In this document: positions 10,767-22,976 of the stretch, one piece after another
Layout of the letters: the number at the start of each line of letters is the position of its first letter
Position numbering within the stretch: position 1 is the first letter of the stretch
Origin: Blastocladiella emersonii ATCC 22665
Lineage: Eukaryota > Fungi > Blastocladiomycota
Length of the DNA stretch: 64,000 nt
Assembly: GCA_025594325.1 (NCBI GenBank)
Contig: JANHCV010000005.1
Location: 992,001-1,056,000, forward strand
Direction: 5' to 3'
Notes under the pieces: generated by a model
The model's input: the letters and a program-made list of their open reading frames with translations, nothing else
What the model was told of the DNA's origin: nothing
Database searches by the model: none
Made by a program: the position numbers and the translations under genes

Positions 10767-13095
10767 GCGGCAGGTCGTGGGTCGGCCCTCGTGTACAACA
10801 GCAGCAGCAGCAGCAGGAGCAGTCGAGCGCCAGAGTGGTGTGTCTTGTCGTGTTCTCTCGTGTGTGTGTGTGATTCGTGGCGCTCGTGTGTAATATCATC
10901 GATGGGGCCTCGTGCCCCTGGTTTCTTTTGAACTCTCTCTCTCTCGTCTTGTCTCTTGTTCTGCACCTCAGTCTACCGCTGCTCGCGACGCCCCACGAGC
11001 TCGCCTCTCATCGACCGAGGCTGATAGGTCCACACCACGAGCTTTCCTCTGACAGGGATCTCGCGCGACAAGTCTCTGCCAGAGCGAGCGTTTGACGACG
11101 CGAGACGCGTCGATCAATCATGTGAGCGGCTCGGACGATGAAACATGCTCGTTCAGCTCGCTTTGTCTCGACGCGCTCTCCCCTCGCCCGCCGCCACCCA
11201 TGAAACTTGAACGCAATCAAATGAATAGTCACTTGGCGCAAGGTTCGCCTACTGCTGGCCCGAAGCTCGACCTCGGTGCGCTGCCGGTGGAGCTGCTGAT
11301 CGCCGTCATGCAGCTCGCGCAACCGCGCGACTGCGTTTTGGCCGCAACGCGCGAGCTTCACACGGGAGCGTCCGATCCCATCTTGCATTATGTGTGGAAC
11401 CACCGTCGTTTGTCTCCCTGGATCCACAGGGCACTAGTTGAGCTCAAAGCCTATGGCGGGGCAGCATACACCGACCTTGCCAGCTACTTCTCCCGCGTCC
11501 ACTCGGGCTCGGCCGTATGCCCGAACAACAACTTTTACCGTGCCGCTTCGACGGTCTTTCTTCAGCTCATCAAACCTCTTGCTCTTAAGCCAGAGATTCT
11601 CGCGGACCGCGTTGGGCTCAACGCGTGTTTGACGGGGCTCTTGTACAGCAAGGAAAAACTCCACATATTTTGCGCGCCGACGGGGCTGAGCATCAGCGTA
11701 CCCGACTTCTCGCACGTGCAGCTTCTCGTCGCCGCTATTACACAGAGCGACGCGTCGGCGACCCGACCAATGCTCCAGGACACGCTCGAGCTGGTACCCG
11801 CGCTCCTTGCCGTCGAGCGCGCTGACTGGCCGCGCTCGCATGCGCCTGTCGGGTACTCTCGTGCCTATTCCGAGCCATTTTCACGGCCGATTAGCCTCCT
11901 GACGTACCTCGCAGCGCTCGCTATCCGGTTTTGGAAGCCCGAGTTCCTCGAGAGGCTCACCGGCCTGGACCTCAAACTTGACGCGTCGGCTCTTCTCCAC
12001 GTGTTCACTTCCGCGAAAAGCTTCACTGGTCTCCCGCCCTACGACCCCAGGGTCGGGTCTGTTTCGAATGCGACCCGCACGTTCGGCTGGCTGCACCAGT
12101 CCGCACCGGCGGTTCTTGACGGTATGATCCAGTCGCACTACGGTGAGTCGCCGCTCGGCTTGACCATGCATGTGGGCCACGCCCACGCACTCGCTGCCTT
12201 CCCGGGCCAGCCGCTTCACGCCCTGGGCCCGAAGCGGTGCGCCGAATTCGTGCTTATGCCGTGGCGGCTTGCTGACGCGCCTGATTGTTTGGTTCGAGGT
12301 TGCGCTTTCCCAGACCTGTTTGAAACGCTCAAGGACCACGACTTGCTTGACCTCGAGGTTCTCGCGCATATTTTGCCCCGCGCTTTCACCGATTGGGGTT
12401 CCGCCAATCTGCTTGCTCTTGATCGACAGGTTGAAAGGTATGCTGGAGCGCGCTTCTCGGGCGTGGTTGTCGCCGGCACGTCCGCGCGAACATGGTTGGG
12501 TACTCGAATCGAGGGCTGACACTTGGAATCCAGCTTTCCATCTCTGTATCACCCCGGGGGCGTTTTCCAAGGGCATGGCCTATGCCAAACCACGCGACTT
12601 TCTTCAGTTTGTGCACGAAGAGCTGCCGTCGGGCGAGTGGTCAACTTTCCTTGACAAATTCGCGACGTGTATCGTCACGGGTCGCGATCCGACCACCATC
12701 ATTCAGCAGGAGGCACCCCTAAGTCGAGTGAGGAGTTTCGAGGTTGCTTTCACCTACACGAGCCACGGCAACTTTGATATCGGACAGCTTTTCGAGTTTC
12801 TCGTGGTCACCATCGCCTGCACGCCCACCAACGATTGCAGCCGCTACCTCTCGGCCAGCTGGCTCATCGTTAGCGCGCTCCAGCACCCGGCGGCGCGCGA
12901 AATGGCGAAGCATTTGCTCAATGAACGCGTCGACTTGCCACCGTCTCTCCTTGGGATCTTAGGGCCCGTTTGGTTCCGGGGTGAATCAGGTGGATCAATC
13001 GATTTTACACGGTCCGGTGTTCACCCAGCTGAAACGTGGCATTTTCACCCCGTCGCGTTCATCGCGGCGTTTGGGTCGACCCCCGGATGAGCTGA

Positions 13096-13560
13096 ATGGA
13101 ACCCTCGTCGCTGAATTGCCCGTCTGCTCGCCCCCGAAACCTTCAGGCTGTGCTTCCCGGCCTATATAAACGCTGTTTTCCTTCGTGGGGCAGCTCGACC
13201 ACCACCGGCGAGTACTCGCACCTCGAGCAGGACGGCAAGGAGTCTGGTGACGTGGAAGGTGTCGATGGTCAAGACGACGCGGCCCCCGCCAGCAAGCGCA
13301 GCCGCACTTCGGACAGCAGCTCGCGTCGCCTCTCGGACTCGGAATTCCTCATGGGCATCAAGGAGGTGTTCCAGAGCGTCGCGACCGCCGACTCCAAGCC
13401 CGTCCTGACCGCCGCACTTGAATGGGTCCAGGACGCGTACAACGACAATGAAGAGTACCAGATCGACGTCGCCACCCGCCTGACCGAGGATCAAGCGCTT
13501 CGCGTCATGGCCGTGTCCGAATCGAAGCGCAAGCGCATCCTCGAGATTTTCATTCAGTAG
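13096..13560 (+). pseudogene. 3' remnant of the Harbinger accessory (Myb/SANT-type) ORF
   Basis: Coding-like acidic/helical ORF (FPSW..TTGEYS.., ending KRKRILEIFIQ) convergent with the transposase; only about 130 nt to the TIR, so no room for the N-terminal DNA-binding domain. Confidence 0.5.
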
Positions 13561-13873
13561 CTCACTCGCACATGTCCCCCTCCCCTCGCGTTGCTTCCTG
13601 GCCTTGTTCTCGCCCATTTGTGTCCAATACATCTGGCTTTGTGTCCATCGTATCTTCAATCGTTACCCTTGGCTCGAAAATGACGCGACTCGTTGAGAAA
13701 CGCGTGGTTCGCAAAGTGTCTCACACGTCACGTGATTGATCGACGCGTCTCCACCGATGCGTTCTGACCTCAGCGACGCGTCAAATCATCTAGAATCGCT
13801 TATATAACATTATAGTACTTGACAAATCAGTATATTACAGCATGCATGCGGGTACAACAATTATTTCGCGCCT

Positions 13874-15191
13874 TCAAAGATGGGTCCCACGAGCGGCCAT
13901 GACGCGCCTGTACTCGGTCCAAAGAACATTTGCGATGCGGTTCCGAAGCGAGATACCGCGCTGACGAGCTCCGTCCAGCGAGGCCTCGAGGACAGCGGCC
14001 TCGTCGTCCTCCTCGTTCTCGTCGTTCAGGGGCTCGCGCCCACGCACACGCGCCTCACGCGCCGCGTCCCGCGCGCGCCGGAGCTCCGTCTCGGCGTCGC
14101 GAAAGAAGGCGTCGCCGCCTTGGTTCCACCTGTTGATCATGTTGTGCAGCGTGCAGAGCGCGTACACAAGCTTGACTTGAGTCTTGATTGGGTAGGCCGC
14201 GCCAATCGAGAGGACGCGGAACCGCTTCTTGAGCACGCCAAAGATACGCTCAACAGAGTTGCGGAGCGACGCGTGACGCAGATTGAAAAGCTCCTCGCGG
14301 TTCTTAACTCTACGTACGTTGATGAAGCGGATGAGATGGCGCCAACGTGATGGTCATGGCAGTGAGAACGTACCCATCCTTGCCGCGGGCAAACTCGCGA
14401 AGATGATAGCGAGTACCGCGGAAGGGCACGATGATGGACGTGCGGTTTGCGTAGCCGCCGTCGGCGAGGTAGAAGCGGCCGGCGGGGATCTTGAACCCAC
14501 GGGCGAAGGCGTCCGAGAGCACGCGCGAGTCGTGCGCCTTGCCCTCCCACCCTGCGAGAACGTAGGTGAAGTTCAAGTCAAAGTCGCAGGCAGCGAGGAC
14601 ATTTGAGTATATGGTCCCCTTGCGGTTTCGGAACGAGTCGTGAAGCTTAGTGGGCACAACAAACGGGATGTGCGTTCCGTCAAGCGCGCCGACCGCGTTC
14701 TGGAACGGAGCGTATTTCGGGTCGTGGGCGATGCGCTCATGCACGGGCGTAGAATCGGACGGCTGGACAATGAACTCGGGCATCAGGCGGTACAGAGCGT
14801 CGAGCACTTGCTTCAGAACCCTGGACGCGGTCTCGCCAGAGATTTGGAACCGCTCCCTGAGGTTGCGGTTGGTGCTGCCCTCGCCGGCCATGACAAGAAA
14901 AACCATGAAGCGCGCCTCGACGGACAGCTCGCGGCCGTCGGCGAGAAGGCCACGGTCGCGGAACAGGCGGCAGATGGCCTTGAAGGTCTCGCGGGGCATA
15001 CGGGCGATTTCCGAAAAACGCGTTTCGCTGTTGCACGTCAGCAGCTCTTAAACCCACGACTCGCCGGAAAGCGTGGACGTGCGGATAGGCTCCCACGAGC
15101 GGCGCTCGTTGCGAGCAGCGAGACGTCGCAGGAGAGCGAGGGCGGCTGTGAGCATTAGGCCGCGCAGCTTGCGGTTGTATCCCTTGCCCAT
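13874..15191 (-). pseudogene. Harbinger DDE transposase (DDE_Tnp_4 type); intron 14310-14373; premature TAA at 15048-15050
   Basis: GALDGTHIP, RNRKG, NVLAACDFDL-FTYVLAGWEG-AHDSRVL, YLADGGY, PFRG-RYHL-EF, ELFNLRHASLRN-VERIFGVLKKRF; GESWV*ELL contains an in-frame stop. Confidence 0.92.
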
Positions 15192-16123
15192 GTTGTTTGA
15201 GGGCTCGAGAACACGATGCGTGAGGTTAGGTGTTGATTCGTTGCAATAAGTGCGGCTGCAAAGAGGTGGGAAAGATTTTATTGCGGGGGGGCGTTCATCC
15301 AGCGGGGCGTTTGGTTCGCACGGCCGCTGAGATGAACGGGGGTGAGGTGAAACGTGGCAACTGTTTCAGCTGATCCACCTGATCTGAACCAAACGGGCCC
15401 TTAATCGAGGCGCAGCTCAAGGACGGCCGCCCGGTTTACGCAGCTCTCCATTTAGGCAAGTTTGGCACCCAGACGTGCGGCAAGTGTCCGCTTTGGGACC
15501 AGACGCCGTGGATCGCGACGGTCGATGTCCTTCTCCTAATGGTGGGCGGACTCTCACGGTTTCCTGATTTTTGCAAGGCCACGCTTCGCATGCGGCTGAG
15601 CGACCCGACCTTCTTTCACTCACTCCACCATGACGCCAGCCAGCTCAGCGGGCTGCCGCAAAACTGCCAGTCGCATAGCGCGGCGGACCCACACGGCGAT
15701 CTGGTTCGCACCCTCATTCGCGTCGATCTTGATGGGGTCCTCTGCATCGCAAAGCGCGACGGGTATCCGACCGAGGCCATTTTTTTGGCGCCTCGTCCCC
15801 GACGGCGCGCTCGACCGTGTTCGCGACGCTGCGTGGGTCAAGGTCGCCATTGCCGTGTGCGAGCGCGAGTCGCGCGCCGACTGCATCAGGGAGCTCAAGC
15901 GCGTTGCGCCGATCGGGTCGGCGGTGTTTTGAACCTCGCTTGTTAAATAATTATCATCTCCACTGCAAGTACGTTGTTGCCTCGAGAAGAAACGCGTCGG
16001 AAGACTGAAAGGCTTGAGACGCGGAGAGCCGAGAGACGCGTCAAGTTATCATGTGACCCGCGGTGAGTCGATATTCGCCGATCCGGGTGCCTGCGACCGG
16101 CACTCTCCACCTCATCCCCATCC

Positions 16124-18333
16124 ATGAAGCAAGCACCACTTACCATGGAGCAGAACTTGGCGCAACGCGCCCCCGACAACACGCATTACCACCTCGGCGA
16201 TGTTCCGTCCGAGCTGCTGGCCGCGGTCTTACAGCTCTCTCAGCCGCGCGCGTGCGTCTCCACCGCCACGCGCGAGTTCCAGCAGCTCGCCATCGCTGCC
16301 GAGGTAGCGCGGGTCTGGAACCGGCGTCGCTTGACTCTGTGGCTCCGTGGGGCCAAGTTTGACATGACCAACCGCTCTCCCCAGTTCCCGCTCACCGATC
16401 TCGATCGGTACCTCAAGCGTACCCGGCCCGGCAGCGCGGATCATCGTAGTCTTGCGTTTTATCGTGTCGCTTCGCGTGTCTTCCTCGAAATTATGAAGTC
16501 AAGCCGCGACTTGGCTCTGAGCCCTCTCGCGGCCTTTCTGGGCGACCAGGCTTGGACTCGAGCTTCCGGTCTCGCGCCGTACGGCTATAACTACCGCTTG
16601 GAAGGATTTGAAGACGACGACATGGAGCAAGATGGTGATGAAAATCGGCCTTCGCACGAGTGGCCTGCGCGTCCCTCCCTTAAGAACTTGGGCCGCCGCG
16701 TCCAGTCATGCACCCGCTCGCCCATATTTTCGTACCTCCAACTCCTTGCCACTGGCTTTACGGAGATTGATTCAAGCGTGGTCCGTTTCCTTCTCCAAGA
16801 CGCGCTCGAAGCAGCGCCCGAACTGTTCCAAGTCGTACGCGACAGCTGGCTTTCAGTCTCTTGCGGCGCCTTTCTGCCACGGCAATTATTGTTCGCAAAG
16901 TTCGACCAGCCAATGACACTGCTTCAATTTCTTGTGCTCTTCTCCATTTCGGCTTGGAAACCGGGTTTCCTCGAATGCCTCAGTGAGCTGGGTATTCCTG
17001 TTGATGCAGCTTTCCTCGCTGGCGCGTGTGCAACACGGCACGGAAATCTCAACAGATTTCTCATGCGCTGTTTCGAGGACGCCATCAACGTGACTCGCAC
17101 GCTCGAGTGGGTACTCCAAGTTGTTCCTTCGCTCGCGGACCGCATGATCGCGTCGGGCCTCATCACTTTGTTAATGCAACCTTACATGGCCGTCGCGCTC
17201 GCTCGGCTACTCCCTCGCCACGCGGGGAAGTTGCTCCTTGACGTTGGCCCGAACGTACGCGCAGATCTCGTTTTTCAGGCGTGCGGCGACTTGGACGTGC
17301 TTGACATTCTCGATGCCCATGACTTGCTTGACATCGAGACGTCAGCTTCAATTCTGGCACGCGCTCTTGTTCCAAGTCACGACGAGACTCTGGTCGGTCT
17401 CAAGAACGGTGTTGTCTCGCGCGCCGGCCCAACGCTATCGGATGTCGTATTCGCAGGTACAACGCGTTTCCGTGCACGGCGAGCAACGACTGACGTCTGA
17501 ACCAACTCGTAGCGTTCATCACTTGCTTCTTCTCGCCTGCCTACAACACCGCCAGTGCGCGTTCCGTCATTGCTTTTGCGTTCGAGCACCTCACCAATGA
17601 CCAGCTGGCCTTGCTGATGGACTCGTTCGCGAACTGTATCCACCTTGGCCGCGATCCAGCCTCTGGCAAGCAGTTAGACGCGTACGCCTTCCCCAAGGAT
17701 CGCTTCGACTCCATCTTCGCTGTGCCGACCAACGAGAATGTGCTTCGGCTTTTCTCGCTCGCCTTGTCCGTCGTCGCGCAGTCTCCGGACAAGTTTTGCA
17801 AGGTGTATGCCTCAGTTCACTGGCTTGTCGTCGCTGCATTCCGAAACCCCGCGGCGCGTGCTGACGCGACCCGCCTGCTGCGCTCGCAGCCGGGCCTCGC
17901 CGACAAGCTCTTAGCGATCATGATCGAGGCTCAGCTTGAGATCGGCGGGTGCCAGACTCGCGCGGCGCTTCTCCTTGGCGATGACGGTAGCGAATCGTGC
18001 GATGTGTGTCCTCTTTCAGGCCAGGCGCCGTGGTTTGCGACGCTTAACGATCTCATTGCAATCTGCGGCGGTCTCGCGCGACTTCCTCAGGTTGCCAAGA
18101 AGTCGCTTCTCAACGGGTACCTCCGCGAGTGCTGGTCGTTTCGCGACCTGCGCCCCAACAAGCGCGTTCAGGGCGCGTGTCTCGCGCACAACATCGACTT
18201 TGCGTCGCGCGAGCTGTTCTGCGTTCTGATCCAGGCCGACCTTGAGTCGCTTCTTGGGAGCTTGTCGCCCAGCGGTTGTCTCGACAAGTCCGAGTTCTGG
18301 GAACTCGTACGGCACGCTAGACGTTGTTCGTGA
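16124..18333 (+). CDS. F-box-like family copy 2; intron 17457-17512; C-terminus frameshifted
   Basis: LGDVPSELLAAVLQLSQPR; the splice joins exon 1 to AFITC...LLMDSFANCI in frame; after FWELV the paralog-like DGTLDVVRDAKW lies in another frame. Confidence 0.7.
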
Positions 18334-18621
18334 CGCGAAGTGGGGTCAGGGCTTTATTTCGAGGTGCCAGTGGTAGTGGTCCGCGATCCCCCTTAGGGGC
18401 TCGCGAGTGTCGCCCCGAATGGCTCAAAGAAGCTGTCTTCGTTATGGTCTGTGCTGTGTTTCATGATATTTTTAATCCACGCGCTCTTTGTCTCGCGTCT
18501 TGGGGGTGGGGGTTGCTGCGAGACGCGCCGATCAATCATGTGACTTGATGGTTGGCTGTTTGACGTTTCACAGCAGGCTGGGCCGTCTCCGCTCGACGCT
18601 CTCTCCCCTCGTCGACTGCCC

Positions 18622-21600
18622 ATGAAGCATAAACGTAATCAAATGGATAGAGACTTGGTGCAACCCGTTCCCGTTACCGGCCCGGAGCGCAGCCTCGGCG
18701 ACTTGCCGCCCGAGTTGCTCGCCAACATGATGCAGCTCGCGCATCCACGCGATTGCGTTCCGACCGCTTCGCGCGGGCTCCACACCGCGGTAGCCGAGCC
18801 GTTCTTGCATTATGTTTGGAACTGTCGGCTCTTGACTGCCTGGCTCAGCGATGCGCTTGGCGACCTCGGTATCTCTCAGGACGGTAAAAACCCGCTTACC
18901 GACTTCATCAGCTACCTCAGCCGCGTGCACCCGGGCTCGCTTTTCTATCCGAGCAGCAACTTTTACCGCGCTGCTTCGTTGGTCTTCTTGCGCCGTATGA
19001 GGCCGATTGGAAACAAACCAACCCGTCTCGCCCATCTTGTCACCTTTCTGCCACCTGATGGGGACGATGACATAACCGACGACGAGGAGGAGGAGGAACA
19101 TCAGGGCGTTGCCGTCGTCGAACCTGCCGCTGGCCCTACAGTCGTTCCTCCTGGCGCGAATGCTACCGCTGCTGCTCCTCTGGCCATGGCTCACTCCAGC
19201 AACTATGATTCTCACTCCTATGGCGCCTGGGTCCTCGTTCCTACCACCTACTATGCGTATCAGCCCTTCGGCGCTTGGACTTCCGCTCCCACTGCCAATT
19301 ATGCCTACAGCACGTTCCACGCTTGGATGTTCGTCCCCGCCGGCAGCTATGTCTATGACCACACCCTCCACCACCACCACTCGAGCGCTCCCACGCCTCT
19401 CGACGTTGGCGCCCCGGCGAACCCCGCGCTCGCAATGCCTGTTGTCCAAACCCAAAAGTCGCCCTTGGAAGTGCTCCTGCGCCTGCATGGCCCCGTCTGC
19501 TCGCACGTGCGTCTTTTGGTTGCTGCTATCGCGCAAAGCGATGCATCGGCGGCGCGCTCGATGCTTGAGAACACGCTCAAGTACGCGCCCGCGCTGCTTG
19601 GCATCAAGCGCAAGGATTGGCCGGCTGTGCAACCGCCAAAGGGTTACCCCTACAACTACCCCCAAGAATTCTCTAAGCCGATCAGCCTGCTCAACTACCT
19701 TGCGGTACTCGCCATTCTGTACTGGAAACCCGAGTTCCTTGACGCGGTTTCTGAGCTCGGCCTGGAGCTCGACGCGTCCGCGCTCCTTCGCATCTTTGGG
19801 TCCAAGCAAGGCTGGCTCGGCGGCCTTCCGCCTTACACCCCCAGCGATGCGCCCGCTTCCGACGTCACCCGGACATTTGACTGGATGCTTCGCTTCCTGC
19901 CCTTGGTCCTTGACAGCATGATCAAGGCGAGCTACCCCAAGAACCCGCTCAGCGCGACCATGCACAAGGCGCACTCTCTCGCTTGTGTCGCCTTCCCTGA
20001 TCGAATGCTTGCCGCCGCGGGCCCGAGGAAGTGCGCTGAGCTCATACTTATGGCTTTGCGATTTTGCAACGCTCCCGAAAATGCGTACCAGTCCGTCTTT
20101 GTTCCCGATTTGCTTGGTGCGCTCAAGGGTAACGACCTGCTTAGTCTCGATGTTCTCGCGGCTCTCGGCAGTATCAACAAGCCTCGACGGCTGCCCCACA
20201 CCGACCTTGACGGATACTTGAAGTTCATCTTCCCGCATTCAAAGTTTTACCCCGGACCGCACTTCTTCCGTGCCGCCTCGACCGTCTTCCTCGATCTCAT
20301 CAAGCCAATCCGCGTACTTTACGATCACGATCCAAAGCAGCTGTCCGCGTTTGTCACATGCCTGGACTGGAATGCACTCCTTAGCATCATGTCCGATCAT
20401 GCTTCTGACGCTGCGCGGGACTTGTACCTCAACGGCTTGGATTCGGGCCGCGACTACAAATTAGACGACGGTGACTACAGCGGCGATGATGACTACGAGC
20501 CCGGGGACGACAGCGACGACGATTGGACCGACCGCATGTTCCTTCCCCGCCGCGTCCTCATGCCTCGACTGCCATCCTGTCTCCTTGGGCCGGTTTTCTC
20601 CCACGTCCGACTCCTCGTTTCCGCGTTCACACGGGACGATGCAAGTGCCGTCTGCATGCTCCTTCAGAACACCATTGAGCGGGCCCCAGAGCTGCTCTCA
20701 GTCGCGCGCAAGGATTGGTTCAAGATCCATTGTCCTTACGACGGCCCTTCACACCACGAAGTCTCGGATTTATCGCAGCGGATCCGGCTTCTTGACTACC
20801 TGGCTCTTTTGGCTCTTCACTCCTGGAAACCTGCATTTCTTGAGGTGATCAGCATCGACCTGGACCTTGACCTTGATGTCGAGGCGCTTCGCAACGTGTT
20901 TTTCTCGGACTTTTCTTCATTCAAATACCACATCCCGCACATCCTCGAGACAAAGTCAGCAGTCGACATGTCCAGTATGTTTGCTTGGATTTTTCAATTC
21001 GCGCCGCCGCTCGCTGGCGGCAAATTCGCGGCCGCTTTTCTTTCCTCACTGGTCAACGTGTCCAACAAGGAGCTCGTCAACGGTCTTGCTTCCTACCTGG
21101 AGCCGCTTATTTGTAACCTGCTGCCTGCCGACCGTGCAGATATTTTGGTTTTGGCGCGTCGAGGCAAGTGCGTGACACATCTACTGAAAGCCCTCGAGCA
21201 CAGTATCCTGTTCGATACGGAGACGCTTGGGATTCTATTCGCTTGCGCATTGAGTACCAATGGCAAGAAAACGCTGCCAGGGCTCAAGGACGAGGTTTTG
21301 CTCCGGGCCGGCAGGCAGATTTCAGACGTGGTTCTTCATGGTACGCCTTCTGACGTTACGTGACAGCCGAATATTGTGGACTGCTGAATCAAGCTAACAA
21401 ACGCACCGCTCAAAGCTTTCCGCTACTGCTTCATCTCGCGTGGGCGCGGAGTACCCGCCCCATCTCGCGTTTTCAGTTTCGCCCATCAACACCTCTTGGA
21501 CAAGATGCCCTCGCTCCTCGGCGCGTTCGCGTCGCACATCCTCACGGCGCACGGTGAACCGGTGTTGAAACAATCACCCGGCATTGATTCTGGGCTGAAG

Positions 21601-22387
21601 TACCGCTTTGAGCTCGTCTTTTACAGCCCTTCGTCCAGTGACAACGCAATGAAGTTGTTCGCACTTGCGGTTCAGGTCTTCTCCCTTGCGCCGGATGCCG
21701 TCTTTCAAGGACTTTTACCCGGCCCATTGGCTGCTTCTCGCTGTGTTCCAAAACCCCGCCACTTGAGCGGAAGCCGTGCAGCTGGTTGAACAGCAACCTG
21801 GCCTTGCCCCGAAACTTCTTGGGATCATGATCGAGGCCCAACTCAAGCCTTGGGGGTGCCTGACATGCGGCAAATTCGTCTTGGACAACAGCGGAACACG
21901 GACGTGCAAACAGTGCCCTCTTTCAGGCCAAACGCCTTGGTTTGCGACACTTGCCGATCTCTTGGCCATGAGCGGTGGGCTCGCTCAGCTCCCGGACTTT
22001 GCCCAGCAGACGCTTGGTGAGCTTCTCAACAACGAGGCCATTCTGCAATCCCTGGTCAATGGGAAGCCGCTCAACAGCAACATCAAGGAGCGGAAGGTAT
22101 TGGACGCATGCCAAGCTCACGCTATGAACTGTCCACAGGTTGAGCTGCTTTGCGCGCTTATTCGCTCCAATCTCAATGCGCTACTCACTATCGTAAAGCG
22201 TGACGGGTCGCCCGCGTTATCCAACTTTTGGCGACTCGTCCCTGATGGTGCTCTCGATGCAGTGCGCGACGCTGCGTGGGTCAAGCGCGTGATCGTCGAG
22301 ATCCAGCGCGAAAACCGCGCCGATTGCGTCCATTGTGTCAAGCAGCTCAAACGCGTCGCACCAATGGGATTGTCAACCGAGCTGTGA
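18622..22387 (+). pseudogene. F-box-like family copy 3 with internally duplicated exon-1 domain; intron about 21341-21415
   Basis: LGDLPPELLANMMQLAHPRD; 913-aa exon-1 ORF carrying the core domain twice; exon 2 has frameshifts and an in-frame TGA at 21764-21766. Confidence 0.7.
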
Positions 22388-22440
22388 GCACCCCTGCTGT
22401 GATTTTGCTCCGTCATGTCGCGAGTGTCTGGATTGATGTT

Positions 22441-22763
22441 AGTTCAAGTGTACACGCACACGCGGGGACCGAGTGCGAGACGCGTCTCGGACCAGCCGCG
22501 CGTGATGCACGTGAGAATCGCGTCATCCCGACCACTTGTTCTGTTTTGATCGCCGCCGCGGGGGAGCGGCCGCCCGCCCGACCGTCGCACCACTCACCTC
22601 GACCAGTCGTCCCCGCTTCCCCCCTCCTCTTTTGTTCCTGTGATTGTTCAGTTGCTAGTCTAGCCGTCGTCGATACATTCTGTTCCTCTCTGTATCGTCA
22701 CGGCTGCGCATCCAGCTTAGCTTCCACCTCCCTGTCAAGTACGCTACTCTGTTTCCTTCTATA
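22441..22763 (+). repeat. 5' LTR (323 bp)
   Basis: Matches 29485-29807 except for two G>A differences at CpG sites. Confidence 0.97.
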
Positions 22764-22777
22764 GGTTATGAGCCCTG
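22764..22777 (+). promoter_or_regulatory. Primer-binding site complementary to the anticodon stem-loop of initiator tRNA-Met (half-tRNA priming)
   Basis: GGTTATGAGCCCTG directly after the LTR is the reverse complement of CAGGGCTCATAACC of fungal tRNAiMet. Confidence 0.9.
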
Positions 22778-22976
22778 GGCTCGGATGCGCGCATGTTTAG
22801 CAACAGCTCTTCCTCGACACCGAGCGATCCGCCCGCGCGCTCGCCGCGCGGTGCTCACATCGCCCTCAATCCTTGCCGCCTTGGGCCCGGACGTCGCCTC
22901 GTGTGCGTCCGCGGCCTGCGGCCCATCTTCCTCTCATCGCATGGCGTTCCGCACCAGCCAGTCGCCACCCATGCAC

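Larger units (their letters stand above)
12962..15400. mobile_element. PIF/Harbinger DNA transposon (about 2.44 kb, defective)
   Basis: 15-bp TIR GGGCCCGTTTGGTTC at both ends, shared subterminal ATCAGGTGGATCA, TTA target-site duplication at 12959-12961 and 15401-15403. Confidence 0.95.
11200..15932 (+). pseudogene. F-box-like family copy 1; GC-AG intron 12476-12533; exon 2 split by a Harbinger insertion
   Basis: N-terminal LGALPVELLIAVMQLAQPRD; exon 2 starts AFHLC; removing 12962-15403 restores LGIL-IEAQ; extra frameshift in a T7 run near 15780. Confidence 0.75.
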
